In this document: piece by piece, positions 18,023 through 27,400 of the stretch | Layout of the letters: each line of letters opens with the position of its first letter | Position numbering within the stretch: position 1 is the stretch's first letter | IMG/VR virus record: IMGVR_UViG_3300044712_000179 | Span: 1,024 to 65,023 of that record | Length of the DNA stretch: 64,000 bases | Strand: one strand, 5' to 3' | Origin: a virus | Taxonomy: Duplodnaviria; Caudoviricetes | The notes under the pieces: model-generated | What the model was told of the DNA's origin: nothing | The model's database searches: none | Seen by the model: the letters and a program-made list of their open reading frames with translations, nothing else | Program-made: the position numbers and the translations under genes

Positions 18023-18059
18023 ATCACAAGCATTTTTTAAACCAATAAATAAACACAAA

Positions 18060-18329
18060 ATGGCAGACAACACAATTTACTTTAATTCCCTACGCGGAAG
18101 AAAGACACAATTCGGAACTAAATTATCTATCAATGTAGAGAAGTTTATAGAAGAATTGAAGGCAAACCAAAATGAAAAAGGCTACGTTAATATTGAATTA
18201 AAAGAGCGTAGAGAAGCAGACAAGTACGGTAATACAACATACGCTGTATTAGATACTTGGAAGCCAAATAAGAATGCAACAACAGCTCCATCAGCTGCTC
18301 CTGTTGCGGAAGATTCTCTTCCATTCTAG
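18060..18329 (+). CDS. Putative ssDNA-binding protein
   Basis: Beta-rich core, P/A linker, acidic EDSLPF tail, directly upstream of primase-helicase. Confidence 0.6.
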   Translation: MADNTIYFNSLRGRKTQFGTKLSINVEKFIEELKANQNEKGYVNIELKERREADKYGNTTYAVLDTWKPNKNATTAPSAAPVAEDSLPF

Positions 18330-18410
18330 GATTTTTTATTTAATCTTTGTTTTTTAATTTTGCCCCTGCGTACCTAAAAAGTATGTAGGGGTTTTTTAAC
18401 CGCTACCTCT

Positions 18411-21308
18411 ATGCAAAAGGTCACCATATTTGAAAACATCAAGAACATTAGCGAACCTAAATTCGTTAATATAGAAGCTGTATTAGCCGCTATACAGAAC
18501 GGACGATACAAGGATAAAGTAGAGGCTATTAGAGCCTGTAAAGAAGAATATAAGATACCTTCTTTGAAAGCAAATCTACCTTGCGTATTATTTGCGGGGG
18601 AGTTTGGAAAACCAATTACGAAAACATATTCCAATGGAGATGAGTATATCTCTTACAGAGATGATAAGAGTTTAACCTCTCACAGCGGATTTGTACCTAT
18701 AGATATAGATGATATAGATAATTTAGACGAGAAGAGAGAAGAATTAATTAACAATCCTTATGTATATGCATTATGGGTTTCTTCTAGTGGTAAAGGATTA
18801 CACGGACTAGTGAAGATTGGAGATGGAAATAAACATACTCAACACTACAAGGCATTACTTAGCAAGATAGATGGTCTAGACCCAACAGCTAGAAATGTAT
18901 CTAGAGTGCTGTACTTGTCTTATGACCCTGATATATACATCAATACCTCTTGCTCTGTATTTTTCGATATAGAACAAGAAGAAGAACAGCAAGTAAGTAG
19001 AATTCACTTAGGAGATGGCTATACAGACTATAAGAAGATAGATGTGGCTTCTAGGATGATTCGACTAGCTCCTGATGGACAGAAACATCATATCTTATTG
19101 AAGGCTGCTCACCTATTGGGTGGATATGTAGCTACCAAGCATATTGAATACGAGGTAGCTAAGAATATTTTAACGCACGAGATAAGCAAGAAGCAAGTAG
19201 AAGATTTAGGATTGGCTATCAAGACGATTGAGGATGGATTAAGACACGGTATGACGATGCCTATCGCGGAGATAGAGACTTCTTATAGAGAAGCTGTTAG
19301 AGAAATAGGCGTTATGGAGGAGGATTTATCCTTCCTTACATCCAATACAAAAGACGATGATTTTATCTACAGATTTAGGTCTGGATTGATACCAATGGGA
19401 CTACCTTTTGGATACCACCATTTAGACGAGCATTTAAGGCTCAAGGAGGGCGAATTTTACGCTGCCTTGGCTCACACTGGAGTTGGCAAAGCGCAGCCTT
19501 TATCTAGTTCTATATTGACGCCTAAAGGATGGATGAAGTTCAGGGATGTCAAGGTAGGTGATATCATATGTGACACAAGAGGTAACACTCAATCCGTGTT
19601 AGGCGTATTCCCTCAAGGAGAGAGAGATGTGTATAAGGTTACTATGTCAGATAATTCTCACGTATTTTGCGATGGAGACCACCTATGGAGTGTTAATGGC
19701 CATTATAGAAGACATAGGGGGGTTAGAGATAAAGATGGAGTTAATAGATACACTCCAGATATGTCTTTTAAGACTATGAAGACTACCGATATGATACCTA
19801 CTGTAAAATTAACTGGTAAGTCTCAGGGTAATAGGAATAATTATTTATTGCCAGAGGTCTTGCCTGTTAAATTTGATTCTAAAGATGTTGCAATAGATCC
19901 GTATTTTTTAGGCGTGTTATTGGGAGATGGATGCATACCTTCTTTTAGTATATCTAATAATGATAAAGAATTAATGGATACTATTAAGGATGGAGAGTTT
20001 ATTAGTAGTATTAGTTTTTATAATAAAATTGTGGATGGGAAGAATAGGAGTATATATACTGCGTATATTAAGCGTACTATTAAGAAGCATCTGGAGCTTT
20101 ATGGATTATTAGGAGCTAAGTCTAGTAATAAATTTATACCCAATGACTATATATTTAATGATTACGAAACTAGATTAGCTCTACTTCAAGGATTAATGGA
20201 TACGGATGGCACTGTTGGTAAAGAGGGGCAGATTTCATACTCTACTATATCAGAAAGTCTTAAAGATGGAGTCATAAGCATCGTGAATTCTCTTGGTGGA
20301 AGAGCTACATACAAGTCTAAGATTAAAAAATATAGACACAAAGGGGAGCTTAGGTCTGGTGCTTTGTGCTACGAAGTTCAAATACAATTACCTTCTAGCA
20401 TAATGCCATTCAGATTGAGTAGAAAGATACAGAGAGTCCCTGTCAAAAGAAGAGATATTAGAAAGTATATTTCAAGTATAGAATTCTCTCATAGGGAAGA
20501 ATGCGCTTGCATTATGGTTAGCAATGAAAACAGCTTATATGTTACAGATAATTATATACCAACGCATAATAGTAGCCTGAATTTGTGGCTTATATTCCTT
20601 TCTGCGATACATTACGATTGGAACTGGATGTTGTATATGGGAGAGAACTCATCAGCAGCCGTAAAGATGAAGATGATGGAGTTCTTTATAGGCAAAAAAG
20701 TCACTCAAATGACAGACTTAGAGCACAATGTAGCACTAAAGTTCATAGACGAACACTTCTTCATCCTTTCTACGGAAAATATGTACACTTATAGTGAGAT
20801 ATTGGAACACTCTAAGATGTTGATGCAGTATAAGTCATTGAAGGGTATCTTTATAGACCCCTACAACAGCCTTAAAATGGAGTTAACAGCCGCTAAGAAC
20901 AAATACATATATGACTATGAGGCTTATAGTGAGATGTTAAACTATACTAGAAAATACAATACCACTATATTCTTATCTGTACATACTACTACAGAAGCTC
21001 AAAGAGACAGAGACAAGGATGGCAACCAAAGAATGCCACACGCGTCTCAAGCAGAGGGAGGTTCTGTTTTATCCAATAAGGTGGACAATTTTATGGTGTA
21101 TCACAGAAAGATGAAGTCTCCAGACGAGTGGATGTATACGCAGGTTTCTATTGATAAGGTAAGGTCTAGAGAAACAGGAGGAAAACCGACTGTGAACGGA
21201 GACCCTTGTGTATTAAGATTGAATAATGGAGTTGAGTTTGTGGACATACACAATCAACTTCCGTTCGATAGAGAAAAATTATTGTATAAACATAAATGTC
21301 TTTTTTAA
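18411..21308 (+). CDS. Primase (VirE-N/BT4734-like) fused to DnaB-like helicase, intein-containing
   Basis: SGFVPIDID, SSSGKGLH, LSYDP; Walker A AHTGVGK|S split by intein; IDPYN Walker B; KVR. Confidence 0.88.
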   Translation: MQKVTIFENIKNISEPKFVNIEAVLAAIQNGRYKDKVEAIRACKEEYKIPSLKANLPCVLFAGEFGKPITKTYSNGDEYISYRDDKSLTSHSGFVPIDIDDIDNLDEKREELINNPYVYALWVSSSGKGLHGLVKIGDGNKHTQHYKALLSKIDGLDPTARNVSRVLYLSYDPDIYINTSCSVFFDIEQEEEQQVSRIHLGDGYTDYKKIDVASRMIRLAPDGQKHHILLKAAHLLGGYVATKHIEYEVAKNILTHEISKKQVEDLGLAIKTIEDGLRHGMTMPIAEIETSYREAVREIGVMEEDLSFLTSNTKDDDFIYRFRSGLIPMGLPFGYHHLDEHLRLKEGEFYAALAHTGVGKAQPLSSSILTPKGWMKFRDVKVGDIICDTRGNTQSVLGVFPQGERDVYKVTMSDNSHVFCDGDHLWSVNGHYRRHRGVRDKDGVNRYTPDMSFKTMKTTDMIPTVKLTGKSQGNRNNYLLPEVLPVKFDSKDVAIDPYFLGVLLGDGCIPSFSISNNDKELMDTIKDGEFISSISFYNKIVDGKNRSIYTAYIKRTIKKHLELYGLLGAKSSNKFIPNDYIFNDYETRLALLQGLMDTDGTVGKEGQISYSTISESLKDGVISIVNSLGGRATYKSKIKKYRHKGELRSGALCYEVQIQLPSSIMPFRLSRKIQRVPVKRRDIRKYISSIEFSHREECACIMVSNENSLYVTDNYIPTHNSSLNLWLIFLSAIHYDWNWMLYMGENSSAAVKMKMMEFFIGKKVTQMTDLEHNVALKFIDEHFFILSTENMYTYSEILEHSKMLMQYKSLKGIFIDPYNSLKMELTAAKNKYIYDYEAYSEMLNYTRKYNTTIFLSVHTTTEAQRDRDKDGNQRMPHASQAEGGSVLSNKVDNFMVYHRKMKSPDEWMYTQVSIDKVRSRETGGKPTVNGDPCVLRLNNGVEFVDIHNQLPFDREKLLYKHKCLF
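19491..20570 (+). mobile_element. 360-aa intein with LAGLIDADG homing endonuclease, Ala1 (class 3 signature)
   Basis: Starts AQPLSS.ILTP.GW, block B DHLW, YFLGVLLGDG and LLQGLMDTDG, block F CACIMV, ends PTHN/S. Confidence 0.92.
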
Positions 21309-21559
21309 ATCATATGTACGAATTTATAGATGAGTCAAGAGTAACTATATTAGCTTACGATTTAAGTATTGAGAATATAGAAGAGAGAAGAAAGAAAGCA
21401 TTAGAATTCAAGACCCTTAAACTAGCCGAACAGAAACTCCGATGCGGTCAGAATGTTATCAAGCGTGCCCTAAAAAACAGAGGACGCGTATTTTCAGATT
21501 CTTACCAAAAAGAATTTGCATTAAGAATTAAACCCAAAAACAATGAAACAGGTATTTAA
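21296..21559 (+). CDS. Hypothetical protein
   Basis: ORF in operon. Confidence 0.6.
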   Translation: MSFLNHMYEFIDESRVTILAYDLSIENIEERRKKALEFKTLKLAEQKLRCGQNVIKRALKNRGRVFSDSYQKEFALRIKPKNNETGI

Positions 21560-21929
21560 AGAAGGCTCTGTAGAGCAAACAGATTTTGAAAATTGTGTAC
21601 ACTCATACGGCAACTTTAGAACAGTTGTTGCCGAGAAGGTAGATTTAACTAACCCAGACGAGATATTAAAGGCATTATCTAATATGACCAATGCAATGAC
21701 ATTAGGCATAATGACTAAGGTAAAGCTGTCTGAGCTAACAGATAAGCTGTCTATGAAGAATTTGATGACCTTGAATGCTGAAGCAATGTCTGATGCAGAG
21801 AAGAAGGTTAAGTTAGCGTTTAGCATAGGAGATTGTAGTTTTTACAATGTTGCTATGGAAATGCTGATACAAAGTGCCTATACTAAGATAGATACTTTAA
21901 AATATTCTTTGCAATATCACAAGAAGTAA
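21543..21929 (+). CDS. Hypothetical helical protein
   Basis: ORF in operon. Confidence 0.7.
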   Translation: MKQVFKEGSVEQTDFENCVHSYGNFRTVVAEKVDLTNPDEILKALSNMTNAMTLGIMTKVKLSELTDKLSMKNLMTLNAEAMSDAEKKVKLAFSIGDCSFYNVAMEMLIQSAYTKIDTLKYSLQYHKK

Positions 21930-21938
21930 TTACATTTG
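21908..21938 (+). promoter_or_regulatory. Bacteroidota-type promoter
   Basis: TTTG - 19 nt - TACATTTG. Confidence 0.7.
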
Positions 21939-21955
21939 TCATCATAAACAACCTT

Positions 21956-22159
21956 ATGGAAGAAGATTTAAATATATACAGAGCTACCGTTAAGATAATA
22001 GAGCGCTGTTGGTATGATAAAAAGAGGTTCCCATTAATAAAAGATATATCCAATGTTACTAAGTGTTCATCCAAAACTATCTGGAGAATTGCTAGTGAAA
22101 ATGGTATGCAACACCGTAATACAATAAGCAGATATGCGACAAATAAAGAAAGTGCATAA
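21956..22159 (+). CDS. Small HTH-like protein
   Basis: IKDIS..TKCSSKTIWR. Confidence 0.6.
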   Translation: MEEDLNIYRATVKIIERCWYDKKRFPLIKDISNVTKCSSKTIWRIASENGMQHRNTISRYATNKESA

Positions 22160-22499
22160 ATACGGAGAGAAGTTCGACTCTAAATTAGAGTTGTATTTCT
22201 ACGAGTTGCTTTTGGAGGCCAAGATTCCATTTGATTTTCAATCTCCTTATGAATTAGTTCCGTCATTCAAATACAATGGTAAAACCATTAGACCAATGAC
22301 ATTGACTGTTGATTTTGATTTTACGGACTATGGATTGAATGTTATTGTAGACACTAAAGGGTTTTGGAGAGAGGCGAACAAAATGAAATGGAAGCTGTTG
22401 CAATGGGGATTGAGCGACAAACAGCCTATACTATTCTTCCCTTCCTCTAGGAGGGCTTGTGTAGAGGTTATTGAAGAACTTAAAAAGCTAATCAAATGA
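22134..22499 (+). CDS. DUF1064-like endonuclease
   Basis: FDSKLE, Q.PYEL, VDF, VDTKG motifs. Confidence 0.8.
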   Translation: MRQIKKVHKYGEKFDSKLELYFYELLLEAKIPFDFQSPYELVPSFKYNGKTIRPMTLTVDFDFTDYGLNVIVDTKGFWREANKMKWKLLQWGLSDKQPILFFPSSRRACVEVIEELKKLIK

Positions 22500-22693
22500 T
22501 GTCAGTAGAGAGGGCCTTAGAGACCTATATTAATGTCTGTAGAAAATGCAAACATAAATGGAGGGTTATATGCGAGGTAGATTTGATTCATTGGGGAACA
22601 GGAGATGCGAGTATTCTATCTCCAAAAGAGATACAGTGCCCTGTTTGTATGACATTTTCCGAAAGAAAGAAGATGTCTGAAAGAGACTCTTAA
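22496..22693 (+). CDS. Zinc-ribbon protein
   Basis: CRKC..CPVC. Confidence 0.6.
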   Translation: MMSVERALETYINVCRKCKHKWRVICEVDLIHWGTGDASILSPKEIQCPVCMTFSERKKMSERDS

Positions 22694-22762
22694 AACATTT
22701 TTTTGTTATTTAAAATATAAATTTGTAGTTTAGCAAACTTATAACCAATCTAACCAATCCAA

Positions 22763-23809
22763 ATGAGCAAAAAACCATTTAGACCAAGGCTGTCGGAAGA
22801 AGAGTATACTCTTTTACAAAGCATCAGAAACGAACATACAGCCTTAGAGGCGGAATGTAAGGCACAGGGTATTCCTGTGGAGTCAATTAAACAATACTGG
22901 TTCAAGGGAGAACACTTCTCTATCAATGCAAAAGGCTTATCAGGCCCTTCTTACGAAGATATTAAAGAGGAGATTATAAATGATATGAAAGCTCACGCTC
23001 CTCAATATCCTAAAATAAAGAGAAATCCAGAAAGCTTAAAATTAAACGGACACTTGCTTGTGTTAGACCCTGCCGATGTTCATATTGGTAAATTAGGAAG
23101 GTCTATTGAGGTTGGAGAAGAATATAATTCATTAATAGCTGTTCAGCGTGTTATGGAAGGTGTTTATGGAATATTAGATAAGTCTTCTGGATTTAATATT
23201 GATAAGATTTTATACATCATTGGTAATGATATTTTACATATAGATACTCCAAAGAGACAAACTACTAGCGGAACACCTCAAGATACAGATGGTATGTTCT
23301 ATGATTCATTCCAAACAGCTAGAAAGTTGCACGTAGAAGTGATTGAGATATTAAGAGAGATTGCTGATGTTCACGTTCAGTATGACCCATCTAATCACGA
23401 TTATATGAGCGGTATGTTTTTAGCGGACTCTATTAATTCTTGGTTTCACAATGACCAGCACGTAACATTTAATGTAACTCCTTCTCATAGAAAGTATTTT
23501 CATTATCACAACAATCTTATAGGAACTACGCACGGAGATGGTGCTAAGGAAAATGATTTGCCATTATTAATGGCTCACGAAGCTAAACAAGAGTGGAGTA
23601 TATCAGACCATAAATATTGGTATACGCATCATATTCATCACAAGCGTTCTAAGGATATTATGGGCGTTACTGTGGAGGCTTTAAGAAGCCCATCAGGCCC
23701 CGATTCGTGGCATTTCCGTAATGGCTACTGCCATTCACCGAAAGCTGTTGAAGGATTTATTCACCATAAGATTCACGGCCAAGTCGCTCGAATAACCAAT
23801 TTATTTTAA
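22763..23809 (+). CDS. Calcineurin-like metallophosphoesterase
   Basis: DVHIG, GNDILH, SNHD, THGD, HHIHH. Confidence 0.8.
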   Translation: MSKKPFRPRLSEEEYTLLQSIRNEHTALEAECKAQGIPVESIKQYWFKGEHFSINAKGLSGPSYEDIKEEIINDMKAHAPQYPKIKRNPESLKLNGHLLVLDPADVHIGKLGRSIEVGEEYNSLIAVQRVMEGVYGILDKSSGFNIDKILYIIGNDILHIDTPKRQTTSGTPQDTDGMFYDSFQTARKLHVEVIEILREIADVHVQYDPSNHDYMSGMFLADSINSWFHNDQHVTFNVTPSHRKYFHYHNNLIGTTHGDGAKENDLPLLMAHEAKQEWSISDHKYWYTHHIHHKRSKDIMGVTVEALRSPSGPDSWHFRNGYCHSPKAVEGFIHHKIHGQVARITNLF

Positions 23810-23827
23810 ACAATAAAACATACAACA

Positions 23828-24085
23828 ATGGAAGAAAGTTTTTCATTCGGATCCGCTATTGAGTTCCTTAAGAACGGATTTAAAGTATCTAGATTAGGAT
23901 GGAATGGAGTTGGTATATTTATTAAACTCCAACAGCCAGACCAAAACAGTCATATGACTAGTCCTTATATCTATATAGATACTACAGAATTAGTTACTAC
24001 AAATCCTAATGCACCTAAATCAAGGGTTCCTTGGTTAGCATCTCAAACAGATATGTTAGCTAATGACTGGATTACAGTAGATTAA
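23828..24085 (+). CDS. DUF2829 / Tad2-like anti-defence sponge protein
   Basis: FGSAIEFLKNG.KV.R.GWNG..PWLASQTDMLANDW. Confidence 0.82.
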   Translation: MEESFSFGSAIEFLKNGFKVSRLGWNGVGIFIKLQQPDQNSHMTSPYIYIDTTELVTTNPNAPKSRVPWLASQTDMLANDWITVD

Positions 24086-24133
24086 GAACTTCCCTATAAT
24101 CTCAGTATTATAGGTCTGCTCCTAATAGGAGTC

Positions 24134-24206
24134 GTCTAGGTAGTTTAAGTAGCTAAAACAGCAGCCCTCTAATCTGCAATCGGATGTGCAAGTCATCCCC
24201 TAGACT
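24134..24206 (+). tRNA. Atypical tRNA; anticodon TCT (Arg) or, in shifted register, CTA
   Basis: Acceptor GTCTAGG/CCTAGAC, D-stem GTTT/AAAC, anticodon arm GCAGC-CCTCTAA-TCTGC, T-arm GGATG-TGCAAGT-CATCC; no encoded CCA. Confidence 0.75.
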
Positions 24207-24411
24207 CTAATTAGCATAGATATAAGATAACAAGAATGGGTCATCTGGCTTAGCCATTATCCCATCATCATTGGAGATGTATAGATTTAAATCTAGTTCA
24301 TCCAAGAATTCTTTGCTATTTTTATTAGTGCACAGGTATATAATGAAATTACAATCATTGTCTGCGTGTGGTTGAAGTAATAGTATCATAATATTATAAT
24401 AACAGCGTTAT

Positions 24412-24576
24412 ATGAAGGTAATAACAATAAGTGAATTGAGGGAAGACGAAAAGAAGATAGAGGCTTTAAAAAAGAAGAAAGCTGTTATAGAACACCAATT
24501 GAAAGTGGTGGAAGATGAAATTAGGAGTATTATATATAAATACGACTCAGGAAAGATAGATTATACTACTCGGTAG
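24412..24576 (+). CDS. 54-aa coiled-coil protein (not in ORF track)
   Basis: MKVITISELREDEKK...; last + strand ORF at the convergence point. Confidence 0.55.
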   Translation: MKVITISELREDEKKIEALKKKKAVIEHQLKVVEDEIRSIIYKYDSGKIDYTTR

Positions 24577-24778
24577 TAGAGCTAGAACTGCTCTGTTTTT
24601 TATACTCCTTTAATCTCAAAGCTATACCAATCGACAAATATGCGATAGATAACAAAGAGATTACGATGGTAAGAGACATACTAATATTGGACAAATTGAA
24701 CATTTTCATTACGTTTAACATTATAGCAGCCATTGTACTTGGCACACCAACAGAATCTGAGATTTTAAAATGTTCCAT
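24566..24778 (-). CDS. Holin-like membrane protein
   Basis: Hydrophobic helices, basic C-terminus, near endolysin. Confidence 0.55.
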   Translation of the reverse strand: MEHFKISDSVGVPSTMAAIMLNVMKMFNLSNISMSLTIVISLLSIAYLSIGIALRLKEYKKQSSSSSTTE

Positions 24779-24812
24779 TCATTATATTAATTATAGTGCA
24801 AATATATAAATT

Positions 24813-25763
24813 TTAATCTATTTCTGACACTACTGGCATACCCATTCGATACCTAACGCCATTGTAAAGACTACCTTTTGAGCAGTTGTCACTTTCGTAT
24901 AATGGCTGTAAATTGTCTAGTGAAAATGCTTTTATCAACCATTCGGGATCCTCTTTATCGAATGAAGCCAATGGCCTTATATGGTCAATATGCCATCCCC
25001 CTCTACCGTAATTATCCCAAGTCATACCTTCTGAAAACTTACTTTCAAGATGATTAACTAAGTCAAAATTTGAATAACCAAGCATTGAAAATGTCCTACC
25101 CGTTTTATACTTAGCGTAAGATGAAATCATACTTCGCATCCTCATAGCCATTTTTATTGATGGTACTTTTATAGCTTTTTTATAATATTTTTTATCAGAT
25201 TTTGCCTTTATTAATTTATATTTTTCAGTTTTTCTGCTAGCTATAATTTTTTCTTTATTTCTTTCCCTGTATTCTTTATCTAATTTAGATTTTAATTCCT
25301 TATTTTCCAAAGTCCATTTTCGAAGATATTCTTTTCTTGAAGGCTCCTTTTTTCTACATAATTTACATATACTACGTTTCCCATATTTACCTTTTTTACT
25401 ATTTCCGAATTTGCTAAATGGTAATCTTTGATTACAAGCAGAACAGCATTTACACCCGTCATCAATATAGTTTAACATATTATTGTTTTTAATAATATCT
25501 GAAACTACGCCAAAGTAAGTATTGAGATTTCTTGCTATTTTCTTTTTTGAAAATCCTTGTTCATATAATTCTTTAATAGGATTAATTAAATGATCTTTTG
25601 GTATTTTTTTTCTAATATAAATATTCTCATTTAATTCATTATCTTCCAATATTTCTCTAATACGCCCTACTGAAGTATTTAATTTGCTTGCTATTTTTGT
25701 TGAAGACAATCCAATAGAATGTAAAGAAATAACATCATTGTTATTTATAATAGCTTTTCTCAT
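24813..25763 (-). CDS. HNH endonuclease with HTH repeats and Zn finger
   Basis: Two HTH-like units, CSAC..CKLC, GMTWDNYG..WHIDHIRP..NLQPL..N.SK; AT-rich; start likely 25763. Confidence 0.85.
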   Translation of the reverse strand: MRKAIINNNDVISLHSIGLSSTKIASKLNTSVGRIREILEDNELNENIYIRKKIPKDHLINPIKELYEQGFSKKKIARNLNTYFGVVSDIIKNNNMLNYIDDGCKCCSACNQRLPFSKFGNSKKGKYGKRSICKLCRKKEPSRKEYLRKWTLENKELKSKLDKEYRERNKEKIIASRKTEKYKLIKAKSDKKYYKKAIKVPSIKMAMRMRSMISSYAKYKTGRTFSMLGYSNFDLVNHLESKFSEGMTWDNYGRGGWHIDHIRPLASFDKEDPEWLIKAFSLDNLQPLYESDNCSKGSLYNGVRYRMGMPVVSEID

Positions 25764-25767
25764 ATTA

Positions 25768-26049
25768 TTAGAGCTTTGTACTGCCGCCTCCTTGGCCATT
25801 CCTCTGTCTATTCTTTTTCCTATCCTCTAAAACCATTCTTCCGTCTTTAGTATGGCTCATATCCTTCTTATCCCCATTACCATAAGTTCCCGCCTTACGA
25901 TTCGCCTTATTTAATTCAGCCCTATACTTCTTCTGTTTTTCAGAGGATGCATACTTCTTATCATAAGCTCTTTTACGAGCTATAGAAGATGGACTCCAGT
26001 TTAATTTTAGATAGCTAGGGTGTTTACCCGCCATAGAATTCTTAGCCAT
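25768..26049 (-). CDS. Small basic protein with degenerate HNH-like motif
   Basis: DMSH.K....NR.RN. Confidence 0.6.
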   Translation of the reverse strand: MAKNSMAGKHPSYLKLNWSPSSIARKRAYDKKYASSEKQKKYRAELNKANRKAGTYGNGDKKDMSHTKDGRMVLEDRKKNRQRNGQGGGSTKL

Positions 26050-26137
26050 TAATTACCAGTTTTTTGAGGTCATCCAAAGTTACTGAATTAACAGCGATAG
26101 AAGAAGGCTGTTCAGCTGGCTTATTTGTATTTGACAT
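26042..26137 (-). CDS. 31-aa ORF (not in ORF track)
   Basis: MSNTNKPAEQPSS...LVING overlaps both neighbours and fills the gap. Confidence 0.35.
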   Translation of the reverse strand: MSNTNKPAEQPSSIAVNSVTLDDLKKLVING

Positions 26138-26585
26138 AGACTGTTTTATTATTTTGTTTTATAGCCCTTAATATCTCTTTGCGTTGTTTGCCGTCTGGGC
26201 TGAAGGAAACGTGCACCCAAGCAGGGTTCTTATCGTCTCCGAATTCGTATATAAGCTGATTAAAGGGTAGGTTATCCTTGATAAACATAAATAGTTTCTT
26301 ATTATCTACACCTTCTACACCCTCTACATCTAAATCAACAGCCTGACCTAAAGTATGCTCGCTATTAGAAGCACCTCCTATAAGGCGATTTAAGGCCTTA
26401 CATCTGTATCCTGATGATATATGTATCGGAATGGAGAAGTGGTCTCTAATGGGCTCTAAAACATTAATACAGAGCTTTTTCAGGTTCTCTATGTGGTCGG
26501 CTGGAGGCATATTGTTAATTCCTGCTCTTTTAGCTGATTCACTGATAATAAACTCGTTTAGGTTGAAGTGTTTAGATAATTGCAT
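26121..26585 (-). CDS. Endolysin, peptidase M15A family
   Basis: SSGYRC..LN, SEH..G.A.D, WVHVS zinc motifs. Confidence 0.92.
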   Translation of the reverse strand: MQLSKHFNLNEFIISESAKRAGINNMPPADHIENLKKLCINVLEPIRDHFSIPIHISSGYRCKALNRLIGGASNSEHTLGQAVDLDVEGVEGVDNKKLFMFIKDNLPFNQLIYEFGDDKNPAWVHVSFSPDGKQRKEILRAIKQNNKTVYVKYK

Positions 26586-26595
26586 ATTTCGGTAG

Positions 26596-26799
26596 TTATT
26601 CTTCTGAAAATAGGTTAGAAATAAACTTTCCTATGAAAGCTGAGGCTAAAATGATGTATGATACAGCTTTGTAATCCTGTGCAAAACTAAAGGCAGAGGC
26701 AGCCAATGCTGCTGCGGATAAGCTGTCTGCTATCTTCCTAATCTTCTTGGGGGTAGGTTTCCAATATTCAGATAATCCAAATTTAGTTTTCATATGCAT
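26596..26799 (-). CDS. Putative holin
   Basis: YWKPTPKK.RK then two TM segments, adjacent to endolysin. Confidence 0.65.
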   Translation of the reverse strand: MHMKTKFGLSEYWKPTPKKIRKIADSLSAAALAASAFSFAQDYKAVSYIILASAFIGKFISNLFSEE

Positions 26800-27399
26800 T
26801 TATTTTATTTTCCAATAAGATCCTATAGAGATAACGGTATTAGCCTGATGGTCTATACCTGCTCCTAATGTGAATATTCTATCTTGTTTAGTCTTCACTA
26901 GTAGATTTACGGTAATGGAGTTTACGAAACTTCTAGGGTCAAATGCGGGGGTGATGCCTCCGTAGATGGAGAGACGCTTGGGAGGGGTAACTATCATCTC
27001 TTTGCTGATGACAGGGTATTTAAGCGAAGCCTTGTATTCCCTTGAGAAGATGCTGTTCTTTTGAATGGTATCTCTAACGGCTATATATCCCAAGGAATCC
27101 ATATGAAGTGTATCTAGGTAAACAGCCTTTGCCATATAATCTTTTAGGATGGCATTGGTATCTATATCGATTGTTCCGTCTACATAGATGGTTGTATCCC
27201 TAAATATCGTATCTCCCTTTACCTTTTTATAGACATTATGAGGGTAATATTGGGTATCTACCACATATTTGATGATATCATACTCTTTTCCAGAGATAGT
27301 GGCTGTATTGCCCTTATTTTGCTGTTTAGTGGGCGATATGATGACTACTGCCGCAATAAAGGCTATCAAGCCATAAAACAAGATATTAAACTGTTTCAT
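26800..27399 (-). CDS. Membrane-anchored lysis-cluster protein (spanin-like)
   Basis: N-terminal TM, repeated DT motifs, C-terminal beta strands ending YWKIK. Confidence 0.5.
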   Translation of the reverse strand: MKQFNILFYGLIAFIAAVVIISPTKQQNKGNTATISGKEYDIIKYVVDTQYYPHNVYKKVKGDTIFRDTTIYVDGTIDIDTNAILKDYMAKAVYLDTLHMDSLGYIAVRDTIQKNSIFSREYKASLKYPVISKEMIVTPPKRLSIYGGITPAFDPRSFVNSITVNLLVKTKQDRIFTLGAGIDHQANTVISIGSYWKIK

Positions 27400-27400
27400 C

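Noticed and set aside
1833-22074. Minus-strand and alternate-frame ORFs in the early arm (e.g. 1833..2036, 2520..2717, 18374..18634, 20585..20794)
   Set aside because: Overlap better-supported + strand genes and lack recognisable features
24207-24389. 60-aa minus-strand ORF next to the tRNA
   Set aside because: No motif or promoter support and it lies between + strand features; left uncalled
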